Shown one piece after another: positions 29,177-40,560 of a stretch of 64,000 bases of DNA. The stretch is from positions 2,542,001-2,606,000 of the forward strand of contig CM022677.1 in assembly GCA_012295275.1 (NCBI GenBank), written 5' to 3'. This DNA is from Chrysomallon squamiferum. Taxonomy: Eukaryota > Animalia > Mollusca. A model generated the notes under the pieces. It made no database searches and had not been told where the DNA came from. It was given only the letters and a program-made list of their open reading frames with translations. How positions within the stretch are numbered: position 1 is the stretch's first letter; the number at the start of each line of letters is the position of its first letter. The position numbers and the translations under genes were made by a program.

Positions 29177-29529
29177 CTAGCTGATCATTGTGCAAGGGCT
29201 GTGTATGCATTCAACCTGTCTGGCAATGCAAGTATTCAGAAACCTGAACCTCTCTTTGACACGGAGGCAGACTGCACTGTAGAGGAAGTAGTTCTTATGA
29301 AGGTGAAGATACTTTTTTTCTACATTTTCTTAATTTTTAATTTTTAATTTTTTTAATTAAATGTCTATCTTGATGAGATTAATTCTATTGTTTGTTCTTG
29401 GTTGTTGTTTCTTTTATAATTCTTGATTGTTAATAAATTCAAGTGGCAAGCTATTTTATATATTCTTTTCTTCTTCTTTTTGAATTGTTAGTAATCTTAT
29501 TTTGTATTACTATAATACTTATTTTAATA

Positions 29530-29561
<32 letters not shown>

Positions 29562-29987
29562 TATATTATTTGTCTTATTACAATTACTATTACTGTTAAT
29601 ATTATCATTATTAGTCTTATTGTAATGTATTATTGATATTATTACTACTACTACTACAACTACTACTATTACAACTACTACTGTTGTTTCTGTTGATGTT
29701 ACAACTGCTATTCCTGCTCCTCCTCCTCTCCTACTACCACTACTGCTATTACTACTACTACTATGATTACTACTACTACTGCTTGAATTTTCCAGGATCC
29801 AGATACTCGTTCAAACAGTGGAATAGCATGAATACTGATGTCTGATTGTGTATCTGTAGACAAGGCTATAGATTACTACAACAGAGTAGAGGTATTCCAT
29901 TTAAATCATCAGTGTTTCATTAATTATATATAAATGTCATTTGGTTTACCTACTACTCGCAGTCTGTCAGTCTCTCGCTCTTTCTGT

Positions 29988-30028
<41 letters not shown>

Positions 30029-30536
30029 ATCTGCCTAGTCTATTAACTGTATATCTATTTACCAGTATAAGTCTACAATAACATGTATGTCTGTCTGTCT
30101 GTCTGTTGGTCTACATCATCAACATACCTATCTACCCAATATCTGCCAGTCTCTAAATAAACTTACTTTTTGAATAAATACATCTATGTACCTCTGTATT
30201 CTTTTGTTTTATATTTGTCTGTCTTTCTAACATGCTGTCTGTCGTTAAGCTGTGACTTTATGTAACTTTGCTTGTCTCTCTATATATCTACCTATGTCTA
30301 TCTATGTATGTCTAAACATAGAATCTGTAAATATCTATGTGATCTGACAATTTTTTCTGTAAATATTTCTCCGAACTGTAATATTGTTGCTTAACACTAA
30401 CAATGATTATTATGAATAATTAAACAAATGTGTTTATTGTTATCTAGGCTAAGATATTTGGACAACCAGTGATAGTGTCAAGAATTTACATAAAAGTTGA
30501 TGATGTTAAAAGTACGGAACTGGAGGCAAAACTCAG
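29177..30536 (+). pseudogene. RNA recognition motif split over three exons, with TGA in RNP1
   Basis: Spliced in frame: RAVYAFNLSGNAS (RNP2-like)...VEEVVLMK|DPDTRSNSGIA*ILMSDCVSVDKAIDYYNRVE|AKIFGQPVIVSR; matches RRM topology (RNP2, RNP1, helix 2, final beta strand). Confidence 0.75.
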
Positions 30537-33500
30537 GTATAGTGATGATGTGGTAATATTTTTATTTCTCTCTCACTATCTCCGATTCTCTCTTTCACTG
30601 TCTTTCTTTCTTTCAGTCTTTCCCTATTCATAAAGTTTATTTTCATAATTTAAAGAAAGTAGTTTGTTTTTGCCTTGATGCACATCGAAAGGCTCACATA
30701 TAACAATAATAAATAAATAAATAAATAAAAAATAATAAAATAATGGTAACAGATAAAAAAAAATATATATATATATAAAAATAAAAAAATGATTCATTCA
30801 TTTGTAATTATGTGTATTGGTATCATGTGCTCATAAAATGATGTCAGTTCTTTTTGTGAAATGGACAGGGATGAAAGCTTATCTTTAAATAACTGAAATT
30901 TTTGATAACCATTGTTTTTGCAAACTATACAAATGAATGAATGAATGAATGTCAATTCTACTTAATAGAAAATGATTTTAAAACTGCTCTATAGAAAATG
31001 TTCTGATACAAAGAATGATAATTTCAACCATACAATTTAACTGATGAATGTTGCCTCTATCCAGTGTTCTGATATAAAAAATAATACTTTCTACCATCCT
31101 GTTTGTATGTTGTTTTAATACTCTAATCAACATTTTCTGATACACAGGATAACATGATGAAATATTCTGTTAATTCATACACACTGATACTGATATTTAT
31201 GATCTGATAAAATACACAGATCAAAGTTTATAAAGGAAATCATATTTTTATTAGATTCTTGTTTTCAGTGATCTTTATCTTTGTTGTTTTCATTGAAGTG
31301 TTTTAATAAGAAGTGTTTTTGGTAATCTCAGTTATTATTTATTTAAGGCCAGGATGTGATTTCTGAGCCTGTTAGTTTAAAGATTAACCATAAAAGCACT
31401 GTTAAAAATGTGTGTATACATTTGTGTATGTATGTGTCTGTGTTCAAAAGTTCACTCAAATTTTATTTTATTTTGTTGAATGTTGTTGGGGTTTTTGTAC
31501 TTTTTCAGTTTCACTTGTTCTTTTCTGTCTTTCTCATTGATCATCTTCCTGATTTTGTTCTCTCTATCATTATACCTTTCTCGCTTTGTCTCTCTTTCTC
31601 ATTATTTTAAAATACCATAAAATTCCATGACTATCTGTTTGAGAAATTTTATTTGGTAACTGTTTATTTTTTATTTCAGGCAATGTGTGTTAGAAAAAAA
31701 ATAAATGGAAAGTGTTATATGGTAGAGGAGCAAGAGAACATTTGGGATATTTTCTCATCACACAAATATGTTAACACACCACACCCTAGATCTGTACCTG
31801 CTGTCTTCTGTACAGAGAAATATCTATTTAACTTACACTTGTTGTTTAGATGTTACAGTTAATAATGTTGATATTTATTAAAATAAATATAATTTTTTTC
31901 ATTTTCTGTTGTTGCCTTGTTTTTCATTATTAATGCATTTTTAAGATAAATTTGAATGAACTGTTACGAATGCAATAAACATCTCTACCAAAAACTTTGA
32001 ACACATTTTTGTAAACACCGATGTGAAAACAACTGTGATTTCTTCAAATGTAAATTCTCTTAACCCACTTGATCGCTGACTGTAAATCATAAAACAAAAG
32101 ACTTGAATTGATATAAAGAACATGTTTTTATTAGTTTGCGTACATTTCAATAAAAATATTTCAGCTAACAATACAGCCGTTTATACGACCAAACTTAGAT
32201 TGACCAAAATGTTTTGTTGTTTGTGATGAATTTACCAGTCCTCTGATCAAAAACAATTCTAGGCCTCCGAAAAAGGAAATATTTTATTATAAACAACAAT
32301 TAATATTAATATTATTATTTTTTTTCCCCAAAAATTAATGTCCTTCTTATATACTGAAAAATTATGGTCTTTAATAATAAGTTATTTTATTATTAACAAT
32401 AATAAGAACATACAGAAAGGCGTGAAGTTCTAGATGAATGCTGTATTTACTATTGTATTGATATTACTGAAAATTAACTGTGCACCTTTCAGTGTCATAA
32501 TGTGATACTTTGTTTTATGACCGCAGTAACATGACATTCCCCAACACAATTTACATATCTCTCTACATGAAATTACATGATTAATCTAACATTCAAATTT
32601 ACCAAATTATGTAATTAAGAATATATGAGATTATTTTCTTAAAACACTGAGAAAACTAAGTTAATATAACTGATAATCTCTAATTAAAGTAATTTAAAAT
32701 TAAAGCAAATATCATGATGTATTATATATATTCAGCTTCGTTTTCATATTCGTTTCTAAATATGTGAACAACTGAGAATTGACAGACAAGTCTGCCAATT
32801 TCATACAATAAATGAATTAACAGTTACTTAAATTGGGAAATTAATAATTAAACTGTAAGGTACATCTGAGTTATTTAGTGCAATTAATTAAAATTTGTTA
32901 ATTTCTGCATCATGCTTTAAAATTCTGTTGAGCTTTAGAAATCATCATTTTGATATAAAACTGGTTTGAAACTGTATTAGATATTCAGTATTCTGTTTGC
33001 CAAATGACTGAAATGAATCTCAGATTTTTCCAGATTATGAAGGAAAAATATCAAGCAAATTTTATTCTGATAAAAATTCTCCAGTTTTTTTATTTTATTT
33101 TTATTTTATTATAATTACTTTTTTTATTTAGTCATTATTTTTAAGTTACATACTTTAAAAGATAATTATATTTTTGAAAATACTATTACATAGCTGCTAA
33201 ATATAATTACACAATAATTTAAATGAAAAGCAAAATATAACTGATTACTCTGCTGATTGATCAGTAAAAATTCAGCAAAATTTTTACAAAAAAAAAAATT
33301 ACACTCGAGTCTTGTGACAAGATTCTACATCGTATTGTTTAATAATTCATTTTCGATTATCTGCCCTTGAAAACTTTCCATAAAGCAGATGACGAAACAT
33401 TTTACAAACTAAATTACAAACATGTACTCCAAAGTATATAAAGAATACAAAAAAAGCAAAAAAACATTTCAAGAAAATAATATTCTACCATTACCTGTAA

Positions 33501-34496
33501 ATATAAAGAAGTCAAATCTTCGTGATTCTTAGAATCTACATTTAACTGAAAAAAAACATAAATAACAAACACTGCAAATAAAAGAGAAATCGCGCCTCCC
33601 CCCGAAATAATATATTATATGAAATTATATGAGAGTAGTCTCCCTTCAGCTATAGTTTGTTTCTTTCTTCTGTCTGCGGGGTTCTCGGTGCAGGTCACTG
33701 CACACCACAGAACATAGCTGATAACGAAACGTCGTTTATAGCTGTATAATGAGTTATAAATGTAAATGTGTAGGTACGTTCCAGGAATATCAACTTTTCA
33801 TACAATATAAACAATATACCGTATATATTAATATGATCAGTAATTAAAATATAAACAATAAAAATAAATACAGTGGACGCTGTCAAAACCGGATGATTCA
33901 TTGAGACCAACGTTTTCTCTGTGATTTTCTACAGTTGCATGTAACATATGTGTGTATAGCTAAATAGTTTTGTTTACACTGGAAACAAGTGCAAATCTAA
34001 TAATAATCTTGTTCATCTAACTGCATATTATATTACAAGAAGCTTGATATCATTGTTTGTTAAGCCATCGAAGAAGAGCGATCATTTTATCTCACGCTGG
34101 TCTAATTATGTTCAAATTGCCATCAGTGTTTAAGAAATGATCTCCTTTTACAGTTAACACTTTAATTTTCATATCAAGAACAAAGAATACAACACCAGGC
34201 ATGTTTATATCGGTTTGTCCGCATTCGTATATTTTTTGTTTGTTCTTGTTATATTCTTATTGTTGCTGTCGTTGTATCTTATACCTAAAGCCAAAGTGTA
34301 ACATTTACACTGATTCTAAGAAGTTGAAGACACTCAAGCTACAAGACGTAATCATTATATTTTGAACGAGAGTAATCATTTTTTTTTTTTTTTTACATAA
34401 ATGCCTATGGAAAATATTTACAAACCAAAAGTTAATCAATAAGCAAGAAATCTCTTTCTAGGACCTGCGCACTTTAAAAGTTACACTGTATTTCAT

Positions 34497-35993
34497 TTAT
34501 TCTTCTGGATTTGTGGACCATGGCCGCTTGAATTCATGTCCCTTTTCTAGAAATCAGTATGTGGCCACCCATTTAGAGCCAAACAGAACGGGACAAGCTC
34601 CATGAATTGTCATTTTGTTAGGAGAACCATTCCGATAGAAATTATACCAAAATGTAGCTGCACCTGCTTTAGGTTGTATTCTTACACCAAGATGAAGAAA
34701 CACTGTTGCACCTCCTTCTACATCAGTCAAATAGTTTAACCACGTGGCAATTCTGTTTTCACCGGAAGAATATGCTATGTTGAAATAGTCAGTATGAGCC
34801 GTGAACTGTCCGCCTATTCCATAGTTTGCCACCTGAAGTGGCTCTGAAGCTTTCACTGAAAAACCTGTGATTGCTTCAATTCTTTTCTGACTTCTCGTGT
34901 CTGCTTCTATGCAACCTCTTCTTTGACATGTATGTTTGTTAATTCTTTTCTCAGATTTCACGTTTTGCATAGTAATCAATTTCATATGTTTTTAAAAGTG
35001 GCATAGAAACTGTTTTAATGTCTTCAATTTCAGCATCACTGATATAATCATGATAGAGAGCAATTTTCGGTGAGAAAAGCAGAATCTCTTCTTTAGCAGG
35101 CTTAAGAATTAGAAGCAGATTTTTGATATTGTAATAGTAGCGACATTTCAGACGATGTCGCTGTCGTACTTTAATAACGTCTTCACCACGACAGATAGCA
35201 TCCAAAGTTGTTTTTTCTTTAACTTGGCATTTCCTTTTAACTTTTCTTTCCTATGTTTTGATATACTTAAATACTTTTTCCTTCTGTTCGGAGCACGTTT
35301 TTGTCCACGAGCTAACATTAACTGTTCATATGTCAGATTTAAAACTTGTTCTATCTGTCCCGCTAATTCTCTACCGTGTATTTCATAGCCATGAATTTTT
35401 TCTGTTCTTACTTTCTCAAGACTTGTCTCCATCCAGATATGCACATATTTGTATTTTTTCATTTTGTATGCAAGGCGACCTAATTGATAACAGTCTTCTG
35501 CTGATAATCTCTGTATATATCGTTCATATATAAAACCTTCTGTTAATCTTGTAGCATTTAATTTGTACGTGTCTTGAAGTCGAAACAGAGCTGCAGCTAC
35601 CCCTTCTAAATCTTCGTAACTTGGAAGATGTTCACGAATTTCTTGTAGTTCGGTTAATTCTGTCTGGGACGTAATACTTTCGTGAAGAATAGGCTGAACA
35701 TTTCGTTCCCAGTCCAAAGTGAAACGTTTAATATATAAAAATGTACCAATTGGGTTGACTTTGTAACGATTTGGATCTTTTAGTGCGATCGAACAGTACT
35801 ATTCCGTTTGATCTGAAATTATTTTCAACTTTTCCATTTTAGTTCTTCCTTCATAAACATGACTGAAATTTCTTAATGCTGTTCCCAAGTCTCTTCCTGC
35901 TAGTACAGACCTGTAGAGATGTGAAACGGACGTAAACAGTTCTGAATTCACAGCTGATAAAAGCAAAACTAAAATAGTGTGCTGCTGATGCAT
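34497..35993 (-). pseudogene. P4HA: Prolyl 4-hydroxylase alpha subunit, copy A (single coding exon, disrupted)
   Basis: Signal peptide + ELFTSVSHL; HLPSYEDLEGVAAALFRLQDTYKL; LSAEDCYQLGRLAY; AICRGE; LKCRY; LQVANYGIGGQFTAHTDYF (HxD); NRIATWLNYLTDVEGGATVF; TIHGACPVLFGSKWV (distal His, Lys). Lesions: TAG 35799-35801, -1 near 35224, -2 near 34965, TGA 34554-34556. Natural TAA at 34497-34499. Confidence 0.95.
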
Positions 35994-36029
35994 ATTTGAA
36001 GGTATCTACTACTGATATGAATTCAAAAT

Positions 36030-36042
36030 ATCTGGTATAAAA
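36030..36042 (-). promoter_or_regulatory. 3' splice acceptor just upstream of the P4HA copy A ATG (equivalent at ~39909-39921 for copy B)
   Basis: Minus strand reads CTATTTTTATACCAG|ATA (copy A) and CTACTTTTATACCAG|ATA (copy B), ~36-40 nt before the ATG; conserved in both copies. Confidence 0.55.
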
Positions 36043-36224
36043 ATAGACGTTTTAATTCTAAACATATGTTAGTTTAAATTTCGCAGACAAAGTGTGGTGG
36101 AGGCGCATAAAACGACATGTTTCATTATTTTATATTTCATTTTCTGTTTATTTTATTTATTTTATTATTTTTACTTTTTCTTATTTGCTGTACATTTGTT
36201 TTTGTCTTTGAGTTTATGTGTGTA

Positions 36225-36300
<76 letters not shown>

Positions 36301-36527
36301 CTGTTGGTGTGTTATGTTTCTGTTATCCTTTGATTATATGTATGTACCTATTTTTCTATTTGTCTGTCTGTCTGCCTACGTATATTATGGAAATTATAGA
36401 ATAAAGTAACACAAAAAGAAAAAAAAAAAAAAAAAAGAAAGAAAAAAAAAAAACACTCAAAGAAAACACGAAAAAAAAGAAGAAAAAGAAACCCAGTTTA
36501 AAATGTGCATTACAACTGTCATTTAGG

Positions 36528-36611
36528 AGTGGCGCACCTCTCAAGTTATGAAGATTTAGAAGGATTGTCTGCAGTTCTGTCTCTTCTTCAAAATACATAC
36601 AAGTTAGATGT
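36528..36611 (+). pseudogene. Inverted P4HA fragment upstream of copy A
   Basis: ORF 36505-36720 contains HLSSYEDLEGLSAVLSLLQNTYKLD, versus HLPSYEDLEGVAAALFRLQDTYKLN in copy A, in the opposite orientation. Confidence 0.9.
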
Positions 36612-36839
36612 CACTACTTATCAATCGTGTATCCAAACTGGCCATGTTAAAACATTTTATGTCATTTCTATTTTGTATTATGTTACTGCAATATTTTTAT
36701 TCTTGAATTTTATTTTATGAATGTGTTTGAATAAATGTAAGTTTTAATAGATACAAAATGATTTTTATTTTTCATTCTTTCTCTCTGTAGACGACTATAT
36801 TCTGTGAATCATGAAGAATCTCCTCTTAAGTAAATAAAT

Positions 36840-37324
36840 ACAGTGCAGTAACATGATATTAGCAGACATAAAGTAAATAAATATTGTACAGTAATGTGAT
36901 ATTAGCAGTATTAAGTACATAAATACTATACTGTAATGTGATATTAGCAGTATTAAGTAAATAAATACTGTACAGTAATGCGATATTAGCAGTATTAAGT
37001 AAATAAATACTGAACAGAAAAATGATATTAGCAGTATTATGTAAATAAATACTGTACAGTAACGTGATATTGGCAGACATTACGTAAATAAATACTGAAC
37101 AGTAATGTGATATTAGCAGTATTAAGTACATAAATACTATATTGTAATGTGATACTAGTAGCATTAAGTAAATAAACACTATACAGTGACGTGATATTAG
37201 TTGCATTAAGTAAAAAAAATACTGTACAGTGATGTGTGATATTAGCAGTATTAAGTACATAAATACTATACTGTAATGTGATACTAGTAGCATTAAGTAA
37301 ATAAACACTATACAGTGACGTGAT
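36840..37324. repeat. ~42-44-bp satellite running into the assembly gap
   Basis: Unit GTGATATTAGCAGTATTAAGTAAATAAATACTGTACAGTAAT; only ~1.5 units at the equivalent position of the second duplicon (40629-40686). Confidence 0.9.
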
Positions 37325-37524
37325 NNNNNNNNNNNNNNNNNNNNNNNNNNNNNNNNNNNNNNNNNNNNNNNNNNNNNNNNNNNNNNNNNNNNNNNNNNNN
37401 NNNNNNNNNNNNNNNNNNNNNNNNNNNNNNNNNNNNNNNNNNNNNNNNNNNNNNNNNNNNNNNNNNNNNNNNNNNNNNNNNNNNNNNNNNNNNNNNNNNN
37501 NNNNNNNNNNNNNNNNNNNNNNNN
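37325..37524. other. Assembly gap (200 N)
   Basis: Run of N. Confidence 1.
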
Positions 37525-38402
37525 GTATGTGTATATATGTGTAAAAAGTGTGTGTGTGTTCTTCTTTGTTGACCTCATTGTTTAACGCATCATATACGTA
37601 ATGACAATTTACATCTACAATGGACAGCTAATATATATATATATATATATGATTTAATTATTACAAGCAGTGTAACCCATTATTGACTACTGATAATAAA
37701 AATTTGCTGTGCATATCAAAAGAAACTTGTCGACGTTTGGCTGAAATAAGTAGCCACTGGTAAATTTAATACTTTAAACATACGGACCTATGAAAAATAA
37801 CCATTTAAAAAAAAATATTATCAATATTCACATACAGCATATTTCATTATTTTGTTGTTGTTTTTTTATTATTATTTTTAGTAAATAAATAAATTAATTA
37901 ATTAAACAATCCTTTAAAATATATCTCCTTTTACAAGTTAAAACGATCTTTAATTTTCATCTCAAGAACAAATAATTAACTAGTGTAACAGATGTTACTC
38001 TGAGCAAGCATGTTTATATAGGTTTGTCGTTGTATTTTATGTCTAAAGGCAAAGAGTAGCATTTGCAGTGATTCTAAGGCCTTGAAGAACATCGAGAGAC
38101 AAGAGGACGTAATTATTATATTTTGAACGAGAGTAATCATTTACACAAACAGGCATCTTTGAAAAATACTGCGGAATTAACCAAGAAAGAAAGAAGGGAT
38201 GAAAAAAAAAATAATAATAAAATAAATAAAAATAAAGGAAATCAATAAAATCCAATAACAAATACTTTTACTATATATTTTATTATTTATTTATTATTTT
38301 AAATAAATGCCTATGGAAAATGTTTACAAATAACAAATTAATCAATAAGCAAGAAATCTCTTTCTAGGATCTGCGCACATTAAAAGTTGCATCGTGTTTC
38401 AT

Positions 38403-39868
38403 TTATTCTTCTGGATTTGTGGAACATGGTCGCTTGAATACTTGCTCTTTTTCTAGAATCCAGTAAGTTGATACCCATTTAGAGCCAATAAGAACGGGAC
38501 AAGCTCCGTGAATTGACATTTTGTTGGGTGAACCATTCCGATATAAATTATAGCTGCACCTGCTTTAGGTTGTATTCTTACACCAAGATAAGGAAACACT
38601 GTTGCACCTCCTTCTACATCGCTCAAATAATTTAACCACGTAGCAATTCTGTTTTCACCGGAAGAATATGCTATGTTGAAATAGTCAGTATGAGCCGTGA
38701 ACTGTCCGCCTATTCCGTAGTTTGCCACCCGAAGTGGTTCTGAAGCTTTTATTGAAAGACCTGTGATTGCTTCAATTCGTTTCTGAATTCTCGCGTCTGC
38801 TTCTATGAAACCTCTTCCTAGACATGTATGTTTGTTCATTCTTTTCTCAGATTTGATATTTTTTCCACAGTGATTGATTTCAGATGCTTGTAAAAGTGGC
38901 AAAGAAACTGTTTTAATGTCTTCAATTGCAGCCTCACTGATAAAATCATGATAGAGAACAATTTTCGGTGAGAAATGCAGAATCTCTTCTTTAGCAGGCT
39001 TGAGAATTAAAAGCGGATTTTTGTTGTAATGGTAACGACATTTCAGACGATATCTCTGTCGTACTTTAATAACGTCTTCACCACGACAGAGAGCATCGAA
39101 AGTTGTTTTTTCTTTAACTCTGGCATTTTCTTTTATCTTTTCTGTCCTTGAATACTTTTTTCCTTCTATTCGGAGCACGTTCTAGTCCACGAGCTAAAAT
39201 TAACTGTTCATTTGTCAGATTTAAAACTAATTCTCTACCGTTAATTTCATAGTCATGAAATACTCTCTGAATTGTTTCCGTTCTGTGTTTCTCGAGACTG
39301 ATGTCCATCCAAATATTTACATAGTTGTATTTTTTCATTTTGTATGCGAGGCTACCTAAGTGATAACAGTCTTCTGCTGATAATATCTGTATATATCGTT
39401 CATATATAAAACCGTCTGCTAATCTTGTCGTATTTAATTTGTACGTTCTTGAAGTCGAAACAGAGCTGCAGCGGCCCCTTCTAAATCTTCGTAACTTGGA
39501 AGATGTTCACGAATTTCTTGTAGTTCAGTCAGCTCTGTCTGGGACGTAATACTTTCGTGAAGAATAGGCTGTACATCTCGTTCCCAGTCCAACGTGAAAC
39601 GTTTAATATATAAAAATGCACCAATCGGGTTGGCTATGTAAAGATTTGGGTATTTTAGTGCGATCGAACAGTGATGTTCAGTTTGATCAGAAATTGTTTT
39701 CAAATTTTCCAATTTACTTCCTTGTTCATGAACATGGCTGAAATTTCTTAATGCTATTGCCAAGTCTCTTCCTGCTAGTACAACGTTGTAGAGATGTGAT
39801 ACGGACGTAAACAGTTCTGAATTCACAGCTGATAAAAGCAAAACCTAAATAATGTACTGCTGATACAT
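38403..39868 (-). pseudogene. P4HA: Prolyl 4-hydroxylase alpha subunit, copy B (single coding exon, disrupted)
   Basis: Same motifs as copy A. Lesions: TAG at codon 8 (39845-39847), -1 near 39446, +1 in the A-run near 39156-39161, 10-bp deletion near 38550, in-frame 18-bp deletion near 39230. Ends KWVSTYWILEKEQVFKRPCSTNPEE* at 38403. Confidence 0.95.
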
Positions 39869-40373
39869 ATTTGAAGGTATCCTACTACTGATATGAGTAC
39901 CTATATATCTGGTATAAAAGTAGAGTTATGATGATTATAATTCTAAATATATATCAGTTTATAATACGCAGGTTATTGAACTGATGGGGGGAGGAATAAA
40001 ATGACACGTTTCATTATTTTATCTTTCATTTCTGTTTCATTTTATTTGCTTATTTTATTTATTTTATTATTATTACTTTTTCTTATTTGTTTTACATTTG
40101 TTTTTATCTCCGAGTTTATGTGTTCGTGTATTTGTGTGTGTGTGTGTGTACGTGTGTGTCTATGTGTGTGTGTGAAACACTTTCGGTGTGTTTTGTTTCT
40201 GTTATTCTTTGATTATATGTAACTACCTATTTTTCTATTTGTCTGTCTGTCTTTCTATCATGATGGAAATTACATTAATAATTTATGTCAGAATAAAATA
40301 AGATACAGAAGAAAAAACACTCCTCAAGAAGAAAAAGAAGCATTAAAATGTGCATTACAGCTGTCATTTAGAA

Positions 40374-40560
40374 GTGGCGCACTTCTCAAGTTATGAAGAT
40401 TTAGAAGGGTTCTTAAAAATACAAACAAATTAGCAACAAGATTAGCAAACGGGTTTTATAAATGAATAATGTATATGCAGATCACTGCTATCAATTAGGT
40501 CGCCTTGCAGACAAAATGAAAAATATACAGATTTTGGATGTGGATGAGCCTTCAGAAAAT
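40374..40560 (+). pseudogene. Inverted P4HA fragment upstream of copy B
   Basis: CAAGTTATGAAGATTTAGAAGGG...CTGCTATCAATTAGGTCGCCTTGCAGACAAAATGAAAAA matches the SYEDLEG...CYQLGRLAYKMKK coding segment in the opposite orientation. Confidence 0.9.

Noticed and set aside
34379-34394. T-run (poly-A on the - strand) ~100 nt after the copy A stop as a retrocopy tail
   Set aside because: Absent at the equivalent position in copy B, homology between duplicons continues beyond it, and no TSD was found.
36859-37578. 239-aa ORF spanning the gap
   Set aside because: Made of satellite sequence and Ns.
34497-39868. Programmed frameshifting or trans-complementation making the P4HA copies functional
   Set aside because: Four different lesions per copy, at unshared sites and including a 10-bp deletion, fit neutral decay or sequence error better.
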